Assembly: GCF_036588685.1 (NCBI RefSeq)
Contig: NC_086380.1
Span: 74,152,001-74,216,000, forward strand
DNA from: Mytilus trossulus
Lineage: Eukaryota
Length of the DNA: 64,000 nucleotides
Reading direction: 5' to 3'
Shown: one piece after another, positions 49,040-62,073 of the stretch
Layout: each line of letters opens with the position of its first letter
Numbering within the stretch: the first letter of the stretch is position 1
Translations under genes and position numbers: made by a program
Notes under the pieces: model-generated
Database searches by the model: none
What the model was told of the DNA's origin: nothing
What the model saw: the letters and a program-made list of their open reading frames with translations, nothing else

Positions 49040-51972
49040 GTAAGTTGAAACATTTTATTATATTGTGAAGGATATAGAATTTTTAAGTAAATAAAAGTAT
49101 TTTATTCTGATAGTGTAATGACTTGTGATAATTTTAGACATGGTGCAATAGCACCGTGATGTTTATCTTGTTAGCGGTAAGCAGTTTAAAGAGGGCACAT
49201 AATGTATATCCACGTGTTTAACATGGGGAACAACTCATGTATGTCTTGTAATATTTCGCGGTAAAATGGTTTTTACTGCACAAGTAGTTGGTACATATTG
49301 AAAAACGTTGTTTGATTGTTATGAAAATAAAATAATTAAAAAGAAATTGTTTTTCTCGGAAGGCGGCTGAGAATTTCAGAACATCAAAGGAATCACCGTT
49401 TTAACTTGTACTAATTTGCGGTAAAAATGATTGTTACTGCAATTGAAGTTTGTACACAATGACGAACATATATAATTGTCATGAAAATGAAAGACTAAAA
49501 TGTAATTGTTTTTAAAAAGATAATTGTTTTCACGCGAAAGCTGAAAATGCAGAAACATCAAAGTGATCACGACCGTATTTAAATTATACCAATTTTGTGT
49601 ATAAACTACACATGTATTGAAAATATTTATTATAATGTAAATAAAAGATTACAACATGAATAGTGTTCATCGAGATCGGAGAAATTAAGAAACATCAAAG
49701 GAGTTTCCGTATTTTAACATAAGCTTGTCAAATCAACGAGTTTTATGAGGTGATTATTGTTTATTATAAACTACCAGTATTTCACGTTTGTAAAAATAGG
49801 AAAATCGGAAAGATTGATTACGCAATCATAGTAATGATGTTATAAAAATTCAAAAACAGAATTGTTAAAGGGCTTCATGGGTGAAAAACATTTTTCTTTT
49901 TTTTAATCTGTATCCGATTTTCGGAGTTTGGATAAGCATAGCTGTATGGGTTTATACATCCATGGAGGGGGATAGGACCTTTATCGTTACTCCGGGATGG
50001 GTTGTTTTTAAGCTCGGTATTCCGGGAGATGGGAATTTTTTTTTTCGAATTTCGGGATTCGGGAGATTTTTTTTTTGAAATTCGGGACCTCAGGATTTCG
50101 TGTGTTTAAGTCCGGGATTTCTGGATCAGGACCCCTCCTACCTCCCCTCATCTATGGGGTTATTAGCCGACCTTTTTCTTTTCTTTGCCCACTGGTTGAT
50201 ATTATTTTTAACCGAAGAAAATTTTAAAACAAATTGTAGAGGGAGCGAAAATCATGTTTTTAATTGACAATATCTAAACGGAAGTTTGAAGTTTCCGGAA
50301 TCGGAAAATCATAGCAACTTATATGTTTTGGACAAAGATGTTTTGGAATTATTGAAACGTATATACATGCATCACTAAAATATACGTCCTTGCTGGGATG
50401 AAGAGAAAATCAAACACATAGTGGTTGAATATTTAAAAGTTTTTTTTTTCATTTTAACTTTATTCACGTAAGAGGACGTCCATGTGGTATTCTTGGGAGG
50501 AGGATTTTGAAAATTCACATGTCATTGCAGTGACTAAAACAAATAACGAGTCTTTGGAAGATAATTAAAATGAAAGTGCGTGTGGTAAAGCTGCGGAAAT
50601 AAACAATTCAATATTAAATAAATATAGGACTTCGATAATTATTGAAAATAGTCCCCTATATCCAAATTTATGTAACATGTGTATAATTTAAAATAATTTA
50701 TAGAATCAAATTCAAAATTTAGAAAACACAAGTCACGAATTTTATTGAAATTAAAAACCTCGTGTGCTCCAAAATTTATATAACATTATTAACAATGGCT
50801 TGCCCCGCGTACGCGATCACCTTCGATACCCTTAAAAAAACTGATACAACTGATAAATTATTTTTACGAAGTCAAGAAGAATTATTACAGAAAAAGTTAT
50901 GTTCAAGTTTGTTATAATAATCAGAATATGTTGATGCAAGGTCAATTGATATCGATTTTTTTTCATTGGTTAAGACTGAGAGCTGAATTCGATATTAATT
51001 TTTTCATTGGTCTAGACAGACATCTATTTATAAAAACAACCAATGAAAACACGCTGATCACGCTAACTAAAAATAGCCTATATTGTTTATTTACAACTCG
51101 AGATTTACAATTTTTGAACATTTATATTAACGAACTGGAACTTTTATACTATTATAATAGTTACGATATATTAATTTAACCTTCCACGTTTTTAAGGGGA
51201 ACACCTTAGGAACCGGTAATTCGTCTATTTTCTTTTTTATTTTCACATTAATTTTTTACTAGACCTACTTGAAGCTGGGTTTAATCAGAGACATATAATA
51301 TTATATGTCTCCGTCAGTTAAGTAGTAAAACAATAATATTGTTTACTGCATTTACAATTTTAACAAATCCAGGAACTCTTACATGATTCGGCCCCCATGA
51401 TTCTACATTCTAACTTTTACCTTTTCATGTACCGACGGCTAATCAATCACGTATATCTTAATTAGCTGTCAATCACAACAAGGAATCAATAATTCGATAC
51501 GGGAAAACGAAATCTCAACAGATCGATCATTTTCTTGAATGAATGTAACAAGATTGATACTAGTAAAATAAGCTCGAATATTTCTGCGCTGCACAGATCT
51601 AATTGTTCTTGTAGTGTATTTTTTTCTTCCAATCATTTTTTTGTACATGAAATGATGCCTTCGTTTCTATTGAAGTGATTGATGATGGATATAAAAGGGG
51701 CACAATAAATGAATGACATAGTTATACTGCTAAAGAATCTGATTGTCTAGAGAGGAAATTAATCACAGTTTGATTTTAATTTACTTCTTAACTGACCGTT
51801 GATTAAACCAAGCTTCAAGCTGCGTGATTACATAATAACTTATCGATGGACGTGTAAATACTGACATGTTTATTGGAATAGTAAATATATTTTGATTGGT
51901 TTTTGATACAAGTCAATATCACAGATTAAGATCGATTATTAGGTCACTGGTGAACTCTTCTGATCATAAACA

Positions 51973-53293
51973 CACTCTAAGACATAAGCCCGGATTTACA
52001 TATATATTTCTACAAATTTATATCAGCATGTTATCAGTGATCAGTTAGATATAAATTATGTGGACACACTTTCTTAGTGGTTCACTAATTATAACCAGAT
52101 GTTGACCACAAAATGTTAAGCTGTAAATTCATATTTCTCTATGTCTTTCCTCCAGGCTCCATTGTATTTCTGAACAATAACTATGATTTTTTTTTTAATT
52201 TATCTGAAGAAATTTTCTTTTACAGATGGTTTTCCAATTTGAATGGTTTTTACACTAGTAAATTTGGGGCCCTTTATAGCTTGTTTCACATGTCAATGTG
52301 ACTGAGTGTTTTGGAAATAAAGCATATTGTATTGTATTGTATTGTATTGTATTGTTCGGTGTGAGCCAAGGCTCCATGTTGAAGGCCGTACATTGACCTA
52401 TAATGGTTTACTTTTTTAAATTGTTATTTGGATGGAGAGTTGTCTCATTGGCACTTGTACCACATCTTCCTATATCTATATTTAGTTTTTTGTGATATTA
52501 TGGACAACTTCCCCTGCAATTATATGAAATCAAATTGTGTTCCTTGTATTTCTTAAACTAATAAAAAAAAATGTACCATTAAAAACGAATAACATTAACG
52601 GTACATTTATTTTTTTATAAACTTTTTATTACTGTTTCTATTTACTTAATAACTTTAATAAAATATTACAATTTATTGAATTATTTCAAAGTGATGTGAA
52701 TTCAGGGAAAACAAAAAAAAAACATAAAAGATTAGCCTAACCATTACAAATGGTGTGGTTTATGCCATAGATATTGGCTAAAAAGACAATTTGTTTAACC
52801 CTCCCCCTTTTATTTAAATCTGGTATTTTTCTTAGTTTTCTATCAATTTCAATAAACTACAAGAAACTACAACATCAGAATTATGTCATCCTTTTTTTTT
52901 TAAGTGTGTGATATTTGCTACTACCCAAAACAATTAACATATTATATACTATGAATTACAATAAAAACTGAATCCATTTTAAATATGAACATAAACTATG
53001 ATATAATTACTGTAATAGTTTTCTTTTTTTTATTTAAACTTCTGATTTTCATCTTACACATGATCAAACTTTATTGCTATATTTCTATATCAATATTCAC
53101 TAGAATTCATTTATACACATTTATAACTGTACTTCAAAATAAATGCTGAAAATAATATATTAAGTAATGTGATATGTATGTGACCAGTTATTTAGGGGAT
53201 TAAGATAAACAAACCCAGCATGGTACTGGTCTGGGGGTAATTGGCATCAGCATTATAAGAGTAGCTGGAAATTCCGGCTTATGTCTTAGAGTG
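51973..53293. mobile_element. Non-autonomous CAC-terminus element (CMC/EnSpm-like) nested in the large transposon
   Basis: Perfect 18-bp TIR cactctaagacataagcc / ggcttatgtcttagagtg; no clear TSD. Confidence 0.8.
52326..52354. repeat. (ATTGT)n microsatellite
   Basis: Direct observation. Confidence 0.95.
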
Positions 53294-54499
53294 AATATAA
53301 AATCTGTGTTTTAAACCAGAGACATATGTGCATACATGTGTCTCTATTTTATAAACGAATATGAATAAATGTTAAGTGCAAAGAATGTTAGTATCATTAT
53401 ATATATGTATATACAATTTAGATATGGGATATGTCTTTATAATACAATTCTCCCTTTGCCATTTTTTTGTGATTTTCATTTCGAAATTTTATCAACCAAA
53501 CGTGTTAACAATATTTGTATTAAACTGAACATTGTTGTTTTTCTGAACCCCTTATTTTCAAAGATTTTCGTTGCATACAGTAAGTTATAAGGTTTATTTT
53601 CTCTGTTTAAATTACTATGTACATGTATGAGGCTATGATTGGGTCACCTTTCATAAGGATATTTATGGGATTTTCAAAAAAGAGAATAATGGGACCAAAT
53701 ACTGTAATTACCATACTAAAGAAATGAAGAAATATAAAGAATAGATTGATTTATTAATTGTTGGTTGCTTAACGTCCAGTGGCAAATACTTCATGCATGT
53801 AGGACAAATATGAAAGACACAAATTGACAAACGAAAAAAAGAAATAGAGTGATATGGTAAAAAAATAAAAGATATATAACTATAGGAATGATAACCTGAC
53901 ACACTATTAATTACCGCCCAGAATCGCATATGTATATATCTATTATATATAAACGAGTATACATGTCTAATTAAATGTTTATTTTTGTCTCACTGTGCCA
54001 GCTTCCCACCCTAAACCTAAATCTCCTCATTTGTTTCTCAGGTCGGAGACGTATATATATGTTCTGTTTGGACAGTCAAGTTTTTTATTAAACTGTGTTA
54101 TAAAATCTTTTCTGATTTAGTTTTAATTGTTACATGGTTTTGATCTCATAATCTTGAGGTCTGGCATGAAGTGTTTTCCTTGGCAATTCTTTAGATATCA
54201 CATCGAATGACAAATTTCATAAATAGGTTGTGTCCATTAGCAATCCTGTTTCACTTAAATGAAAAAAAAAAAATTGAAATTCTAAGATTTAAACCTTCTG
54301 AAGGAAACACCAGAATTATTTATTTACAGAAAGAGTTACTTTCGATATTTTTATAATAAATTTTAATAAATAACCAGAACTCAAACCTGTGTAATAGATG
54401 TACTGCTTGTTGTTAAGACCATTAAATCTTTATTATGTTATATAAATACAAAGATAACTTGTATGAGTGTTATTGAGTACATTGTTGTCTATAACAAAT

Positions 54500-54790
54500 G
54501 TATATTACAGATATGTGTAATATAAAGTCCCCTTCTCTCAGTAATATTACAGATATGTGTAATATAAAGTCCCCTTCTCTCAGTAATATTACAGATATAG
54601 GTAATATAAAGTCCCCTTCTCTCAGTAATATTACAGATATGTGTAATATAAAGACTGTCCCCTTCTCTCAATAATATTACAGATATGTGTAATATAAAGT
54701 CCCCTTCTCTCAGTAATATTACAGATATGTGTAATATAATTAAGTCCCCGCATCTCAATAGTATTACAGAAATCTGTAATATTAAATCAT
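54500..54790. repeat. 42-bp minisatellite (about 6.5 copies) carrying the same ATTAC-N8-GTAAT dyad
   Basis: Unit ccccttctctcagtaatattacagatatgtgtaatataaagt. Confidence 0.95.
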
Positions 54791-57700
54791 TGTAGATCAG
54801 TCATATTAATACAGCAATGGGTAATACAGTAGCAGTTCCAAAAAAATGTTACAAGGGGACAAGTCCAGTCATGCTTCAACTATTTCTTATATATATTCAA
54901 CCAAATTTTTGACCAAAAATGAGGGGTCTGAGGCTCCCTGAATCTGCATATGATGCTTATGAAAACAAAACTTGAGTTTATATTTACACTTTGTATAAAA
55001 GAAATTGTTGATTACAGACATTTCAAATAGACAGCAAAGAGTATTTTCATTTGTATCAAAAGGACGTACACATTGAAACAATATACTATAATGGCAAGAT
55101 GAAGGGTTATAACCCTTTTTACTAGGTTTGACTATTTGGGATATTCACTGACTCAATTGTTTTATTATACCAACAAGCAAATTACAATAAAAAGTAATAT
55201 ATTGTATCATATAAAAAAAGAAGATGTAGCATGATTGCCAATGAGACAACTATCCACAACAGACCAAAATGACACTATAGGTCGCCATACGTACAGCCTT
55301 CAACAATGAGCAAAGCCCATACTGCATAGACAGCTATAAAAAGCTCCGATAAGACAATGTAAAACAATTCAAACGAGAAAACTAACGGCCTTATTTATGT
55401 AAAAAAAATGAACAAAAAAACAATATGCAACACATAAACAAATGACAATCACTGAATTACAGGCTCCAGGAGTGACTTGGGACAGGTTGTCAAAACAATT
55501 ACGTTAGAAAACTGTTTTGTGTCTATGAACATTTGGCATATATATACACAACAAAGCAACTATTTCTGTAATAAATGAATGGCCCTGAAAAGGTCCATTT
55601 TAAAGAGATATCATCACACTAAATGAGTTTTCGAGTCTTGTTTGATCTTTTACTTTGGCATTTGATGTACTTTTAACCTAGCCGTTTTCATATTAGCCAA
55701 TCAAATAATCATTTTATAATGAAAGGTATTATAATACTAAATAAATCTTAGAATCATAAGCAATGAGTTGCCTAATGCACATACTCACTGTCCGGTTGTA
55801 CTAGTTATAATTACATTAAAAAAAATATTCTTATATATATATATATATATATAAAAAAAAACATGAGCAAATCCAGCTTGTCAGGTATATATATATATAT
55901 AATATATATATAAGTACGTCTGAGTCAGTGACAACCCTACAACAGATGTATCCATCGGATCACCATCAATGATGGTGATACATGGCTCACAGTGTACATA
56001 ATGTATATACAACTCGTCTAAACATGACACTATAATAAATTATTTGTATTCTGATATATGGACTTTCAATTTAAACAGAAATAAAGAAAAAAAACACTAT
56101 CTGGCCTGCATTGAAAATATTTCTGAATAGTTTAATATTTATTGAAATCTTTAATAACAGTAACTGAAAATCATCTAAAGTCGAGGGACAAGGACACTTA
56201 TATCATATAATCTTTGTATTCAGTGGTTAGGATGGGCCACTGAAATAGTTCTCTATATCTGCTTTATTAGAAATGTTATGTTGAGAAATTTATACTTTAC
56301 AGTACATATATACAGATGGAAGAATGCCATCACATTTGAGGGAATCCCAATTTTCACAACTCATTAGCTTCACAGTTTGAAGTCATTGTATATACTACTC
56401 TTCCCAATAAACTGACCACAGATGTTACACATAGATTATCTGATAAGAAAGTCAAATTCTGGCATTTTCTGTCTTTACTTGAAACATAAATACATCTTCT
56501 ACCTGCATGACTTGTAACAATATCTATATATTGTATATACAGAGTCTGATGGTTTGATGGTTTCCAGATAATAACTTTAGTATAGAAAATAGAAATCAAT
56601 AAAATTTTAATGCAAGGTTTATAACCTCTTTAAGCAAGGAGGTTATAATATAACCTCCTTGCTCTTAAGGAAAGTTGGGATTAATTTTGGGGTTTTTGGT
56701 CCTAACAGTTTAGGAACAATGGGCCCAAAAGGGGTCAAAATAAGCATTTTTCTAGTTTCGAGACAATAACTTGTGCCTAAGTGTATGGATCTTTCTGAAA
56801 TTGTACCACAAGGTTCTATTCATAAAAGAAAGGTTGGGATTGATTTTGGGGTTATGACCAAAACTGTTTGGGAATTAGGGACCAAACAGAGGCCGCAAGA
56901 CCAATACTTTTCCAATACTTTGTATAAATTGCTTATTTCTTGACCAATTTCAATGAGGTTTTATTCTTGAATTCTTGGGGTTCTTAAATATGCTGAATCT
57001 AACCATGTATTAAGTTTTTGGAATTTGGTTCCTTTTTTTAAATTTGTCCACATGAGGTCAAAAGGGTCCAAAATTAAACTTTGATAATTTCATCAAAAAT
57101 TGAAATATTGAAGTTCATTGATATGCCAGACCCAACCGTGTATTTAGATTTTTGATTTTGGGTCCCATTTTCAAATTGGTCAACATAATGGTCCAAAGGG
57201 TCGGTCCAAAATAAATTTACTTTGATTTTAACAAAATTTCAATTCTTGGGATTCATTGGTATGCTGAATCTAATCATGTATTTGGATTTTTGATTATGGG
57301 CCTAGTTTTCCAGTTGGTCCGAGTTGGATTCCAAAATATAGACCAGATCTGGATTTTAACAGTCTTAAAATACACACACTTTGGCTGATCAATGCATTTG
57401 AATGGGTACATATAGTTGGACGCCCTCCCCTTTGTCCTGGGTTGGGAACCCCCTTTTTAAAATGGCTGGATGCCCCTGAATTACATTGACATGTTTTATT
57501 AAAACATAAAATTTAAATTATAAATTATCATAGCATTTCTAAATTATATGCAGAAATCAGCTTATTTTTATCAATATTCAAAGAAGAAAAGAAATTTATA
57601 TTTTCTAATTAAGTTATGGATTAAAACATTGCAAAAATGTTATGAAAATAGAAACCGCCTTGTCTATAAAAGAGATTATAGATTACATAATGTATTTAGT

Positions 57701-58775
57701 GGATGTGAGAACCACTATACCTACTGATTTATTACTTGTATAAACAATCAATTATGGATAGCAGGAAAAATCCTGGCTGTAAATTTAGATTAAATATGTC
57801 TAAAGGTCAGGGTTTTTTTTAATTTGCATCATTTTATCATCAGAGGATGTCAGGATGTGGTTAAAACCAAAGTTGTAAATTAATCCTCACATTAGATATT
57901 TGACTGAGCTATCAACAGTTGATGCCATGAATCTCATAGTTTGACAATAAATGCACTGATTAACTTTAACAACTTTTTGAAAAAGGAATTTCCAATGTGT
58001 CAGCAACTTTTAAGTGGGAATGACAAATTAATTTCTATCTTTTTGACTGCAAAAAAGAAGAACACATTTGTACATGATGCATTTCTATGTCAAGTCAAAA
58101 TTGTCCACACTTGTTTCAGAAACAGTTAAGGAGGTTCACTACTGACAATTTCAAAATAACAAGCTTTTCATAACATAAATATACATTTATTGGAGATTAA
58201 TAACTAATGGAACCAAAAGAACCTAAAAAAAATATATTTAGGTCAATGTGTTTGTTTTCCAGATATGAGCTAGGGAAATTTTGGTGGGAAAATGTTTTCT
58301 CTTGATTTTTTTATAGCTCTATCATAGACAAAGTAAAGTTCTCAAAAACTAATACAATACAATACAATACAGTATTTTTATTTTCCAAATTAAAGGGCAT
58401 ATTACAGAGTGATTAAAGAAACATAAAATAATAGAAAATAACAACTTTTCTAGATGGCTTTATGATTACACATGTTAAAGATTTTTAAAGAGAAAAATGG
58501 GGGTCGATGGGCAAAATTTTGTACGGCAGTCATATGAATAAAACCAGAGGATTTTGAAAATCTGACAAGAATTCCAGAACATTCTTAAGATCGGAATCCA
58601 ATTTCCTAACCAAAATGCCTGAACTTAGAACCAATATAACATAAAATATTAATTCTAAGCACACTGTGAGTGTATTGAATGTTTTAAGAAAACAATTATC
58701 ACAAGTACAGGACAGAGAAAGATAATATTATACTTCATTCTTTCTTTTCAAACAAAACAACATTTATGTTTCCAG

Positions 58776-61700
58776 TGAAGCAGTGCTTGCCAGACACCTG
58801 AAGATTCTTGAAACATCCTGCAGAATATGTGGTAGTAAAAAATTGCACAAATCATCAAGAAAAAAAGACGAGTTTGTTACTGAGTTTAAAGAAATGTTTA
58901 ATATTGATATCATCTTAGATGTACCAGAAATTCACCCAAATGCCTTGTGCAGAACTCACGAACAGTTATTATTGAAATACAGAGAACAAAAAAAACACCA
59001 AAATATGCACACTTTTAAGACCAGCATCCAAGTAGTAGATTTCAACCCACATACTGACTGTTGTAAAATATGCAATGTTACCCGAGGAAGAAAAAGGAAA
59101 AGGACAGGAGTAAACAACCCTCGTATTATACCTGTAGTATCCTTGAATCAGCCTCAATGCGAAATAGAAACCACAGATTTAGATGAACAATATAATGCTT
59201 CACCAAGTGATGTCAATGACTATTCTGATTATCTAGTTGAAGAAACATCCGAACCTTCACCTGCTGAAAGGAATTTTGAATTTGAAACCAATTTGTATGA
59301 AAAAAAGGAGCAAGAGAGTAATGTCAAAGATAAATGTATTGTTGATGATTTATTGACCAATATTGAAAATTTAACAGAAACAAGTAGAAAGTACTTCCTT
59401 AGTGAGCTCATTTGTAAACTGTCAAATGAGGAAGTATCTGAACTTGCATTTATTATTGGGAGACAGCAGCAGCAAATTTTTACAGATGATATAGAAAACA
59501 TTTCACAGCAATATACAAGCCATTCATTCTTGACAGAGTTAAAAGCTGAAAAATGGCTGTCAGAACGAAACAGTGCTTTGATTCAGTTCATTTCTGGAAT
59601 CACAAAATTTTCAATATCAGATGCAGCTGAAAATATGAAAATAGCTGTTTGTCGAATAGTTGAGCAAATTTATGCACTACGTTACCAGAAACTTGTTGCA
59701 CCAATATCATTTCTTCTCTCACTTAATATATATTCTAAAACAAGTAGCAGAGCTGTTGTTGACTTAGTCAGTAAAACAAGCCCAAGCGGAACTTACAATA
59801 CACTGCAGAAGTGGATTTCAAAATCTGGAACATCTGCTCCACCATGTCCACCAGGTACAGTTATGGCTGCCTTTGATAATGAGCAAGTTGTTGCATATAA
59901 ACGGGGTATAGCTCCTAATCAAAAGTCTAAGTGCTCAATTATTACCACTGTGCTGTATGCATCTATGTCATCAAAGAATACTATTCCCATGTTCATTCAA
60001 GAAATAGATATATTAAAGCCTAATAACTGGTTCACTCTGAATTTTTTTGAAGAACGTCTTAAAAGCATCAGGGCAAAACAGCATGAAGATGGAAATCAAT
60101 TGGAGGAACATATTATGAGGGACAAAGAGACATTTGTACAAGGTATCACTGAAATAAGGGAACAGACATGCGATGAATATGAACAGCTAGAAAAGCTGCA
60201 TTTTGAACAACTGCACCATTTCATTCAGAATGCCATTGATGCTGTTAGATATGAGCATAAAATGAATGAGGAAGAGGATTCTTACCTTGATGAAATTGAC
60301 AAAAGAACACATGAAGCAGAGAGAAGGAAAGATATTTTAGTTTGTACGTTATGCAATGCAGAGAATGGCAAGAACAAGATAGTATGTGATAATTGTAAGA
60401 GGAGAGAAGGACTTAAAGAAGCAAGAATCAAGAAGAAAGATACCGACACATCTGGAACCAACAAAAAATCAATGTCAAAAACTGAAGAAATAAAGATCAG
60501 CAAAACAGATGATAACCAAGATTCTAAATATATACGATACCAACATGTTCCATCCAATCATAAGGGGCCAACATCTACAACTTTAGGCATGCCAGCATTT
60601 GTCAACCCTAACAGCAATGAAACTGTGTCTTTAGTTCTAAGGCATATTGGAATCAATATGGGAATTAAGAGATATGGGGGTAAAGAACGTAGTTGGGCCT
60701 TTGTCTGTTGTGATGGTAGACCACACAGTCTTTACCAAAAAATTCTAGAAGAATCTGTCATGTGTAACCATTGTAACCAGACTTTTTCAACAAGGAACAC
60801 CTATAAAGAGCACCACAGATTAAAACATCAACCTTTACGTCCTTTTTGTTCTAGGGAATTCGACTGTCTATACATGCGTATTGGAGGTGGTCACTTTGAA
60901 ATGAATGCTATGAAAGCATTCTTTGAACTAAACTGGACACCCTTTTTAGAAAAATTATGTGAGCTTATGGGGTTTAAAACAGAAAATGCAAAACATTTTG
61001 CAAAAACTTGCAAAGATCATCATGTAGCTTGGCAACTTCTTCTCACTTTCCACACTTCCTCTCTGAAGGAGATGGTGATACCATTCATCAGAAGCTTGAA
61101 AGAAACTAACTTAGAAGCCACTGTTGAAAATTATTTCCGCTTTTATAAAGAATTTTTGGCACACAACTCTAACCATGCATTCCTCCATTTGCAAATATGC
61201 AGATTTTCCCAAGCTATTATTAATTTCAGAATGGGTATGAGACGTAACAATGCTGAACTTGTAAAAAGCGCAAAATATCATCTGAAAGAATTATTCTATG
61301 GACGCTTTCATCCCCACTATCAAAACATTGAACTTTTTGACTGTATTCAGTACAAATTCATGCCTGATGAAGTAAAGAAAGTTTGGGATGATACCATTTC
61401 TTTCACAGTGAGTGGAGATCCATCAAAAGGGCAGGACCTTGATTTTGTTTTGGAGGAAAAGAACAAAACAATAAAACAATATCTACCCAGTGGAACTGTG
61501 CCATCAGACGAAACCTGGAAATCAATTTGCTGTAACATCACTTTCTTTGAGTCTTTGCAAGATAAATTAACAGACCTCCTCGGTTTATCAAAACAGTCAG
61601 AATATGGAACAAAAATAATTGATATTAACAATGCCATCACCTCCTACCGCCCAGTTTTAAGGCAACATCTATCTACAATGAATGACGAACACACTTCTGT

Positions 61701-62073
61701 TTGTGGAAAGAAACTCCATTCAGAACTAAACACCTTTCTGGAACAGTCAACACAGAGAAGGCAAGAAAAGATAAATTCTTGTATTCTTGGTATCCCAACA
61801 GATAAACCAACAGGTGGACCGGTCTTCATCACACCAGACGAGGAAAAAAAATATGAGAAAAAAATGACAAAGGCTGAATTAAGAGACTCAATTAAAACAA
61901 TGATCGGAAAGCTTTTTCGTAATGTTGAACTTCAGACTCATTATTCTGCAGTTTTAGACAGCCTGAATGATACTACACAGACAAATAAGGATACCTATCT
62001 CAATCTTTACTTTGAATTACAGGATGTAACTGACAATATTCAAACTGAACTTGATAGCTTTGAAAATGAATGA
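58776..62073 (+). CDS. Transposase-like protein with RAG1-N-terminal-like zinc domain, RanBP2-type zinc ribbon, C2H2 finger and DDE-like core; main exon (possible exon 1 at 48987-49039)
   Basis: Uninterrupted 1096-codon ORF. Motifs: H-x7-CRIC...F-x-ID...IHP...C...PH-x3-C-x2-C; FDN (D365), CCDG (D644), GGGHFEMN (H704), D887-x3-E891-x2-N. Acceptor ttccag ends at 58775. Confidence 0.85.

Larger units (their letters stand above)
48655..62073 (+). mobile_element. Large DNA transposon (Academ-like candidate); left end at 48655, right end not found, probably beyond the window
   Basis: The sequence switches abruptly from a host repeat (compare 48395 gagagggtctatataatatg with 48642 gagagggtctata|tagtccaggc) into a TAG-starting terminus with a subterminal dyad array. 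An intact transposase-like ORF lies downstream. Confidence 0.6.

Noticed and set aside
54489-54758. Repetitive 89-aa ORF
   Set aside because: By-product of the 42-bp minisatellite
56354-56599. Minus-strand ORF as an exon of a partner gene (helicase or RAG2-like)
   Set aside because: No recognisable motifs and no convincing splice partners
55988-58667. CACAGTG heptamers (55988; reverse near 58662) as RSS-like ends
   Set aside because: No nonamer at 12 or 23 bp and no extended inverted repeat; such heptamers are expected by chance
58969-61832. Five antisense ORFs within the transposase
   Set aside because: Shadow frames with no motifs
58783-62073. Calling the ORF a true RAG1/RAG1L of a ProtoRAG-type transposon
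   Set aside because: Only the N-terminal zinc domain resembles RAG1. There is no RING, nonamer-binding GRP motif or GYDEK/SEGNE core, no RAG2-like kelch ORF is visible, and the terminus is TAG rather than CAC.
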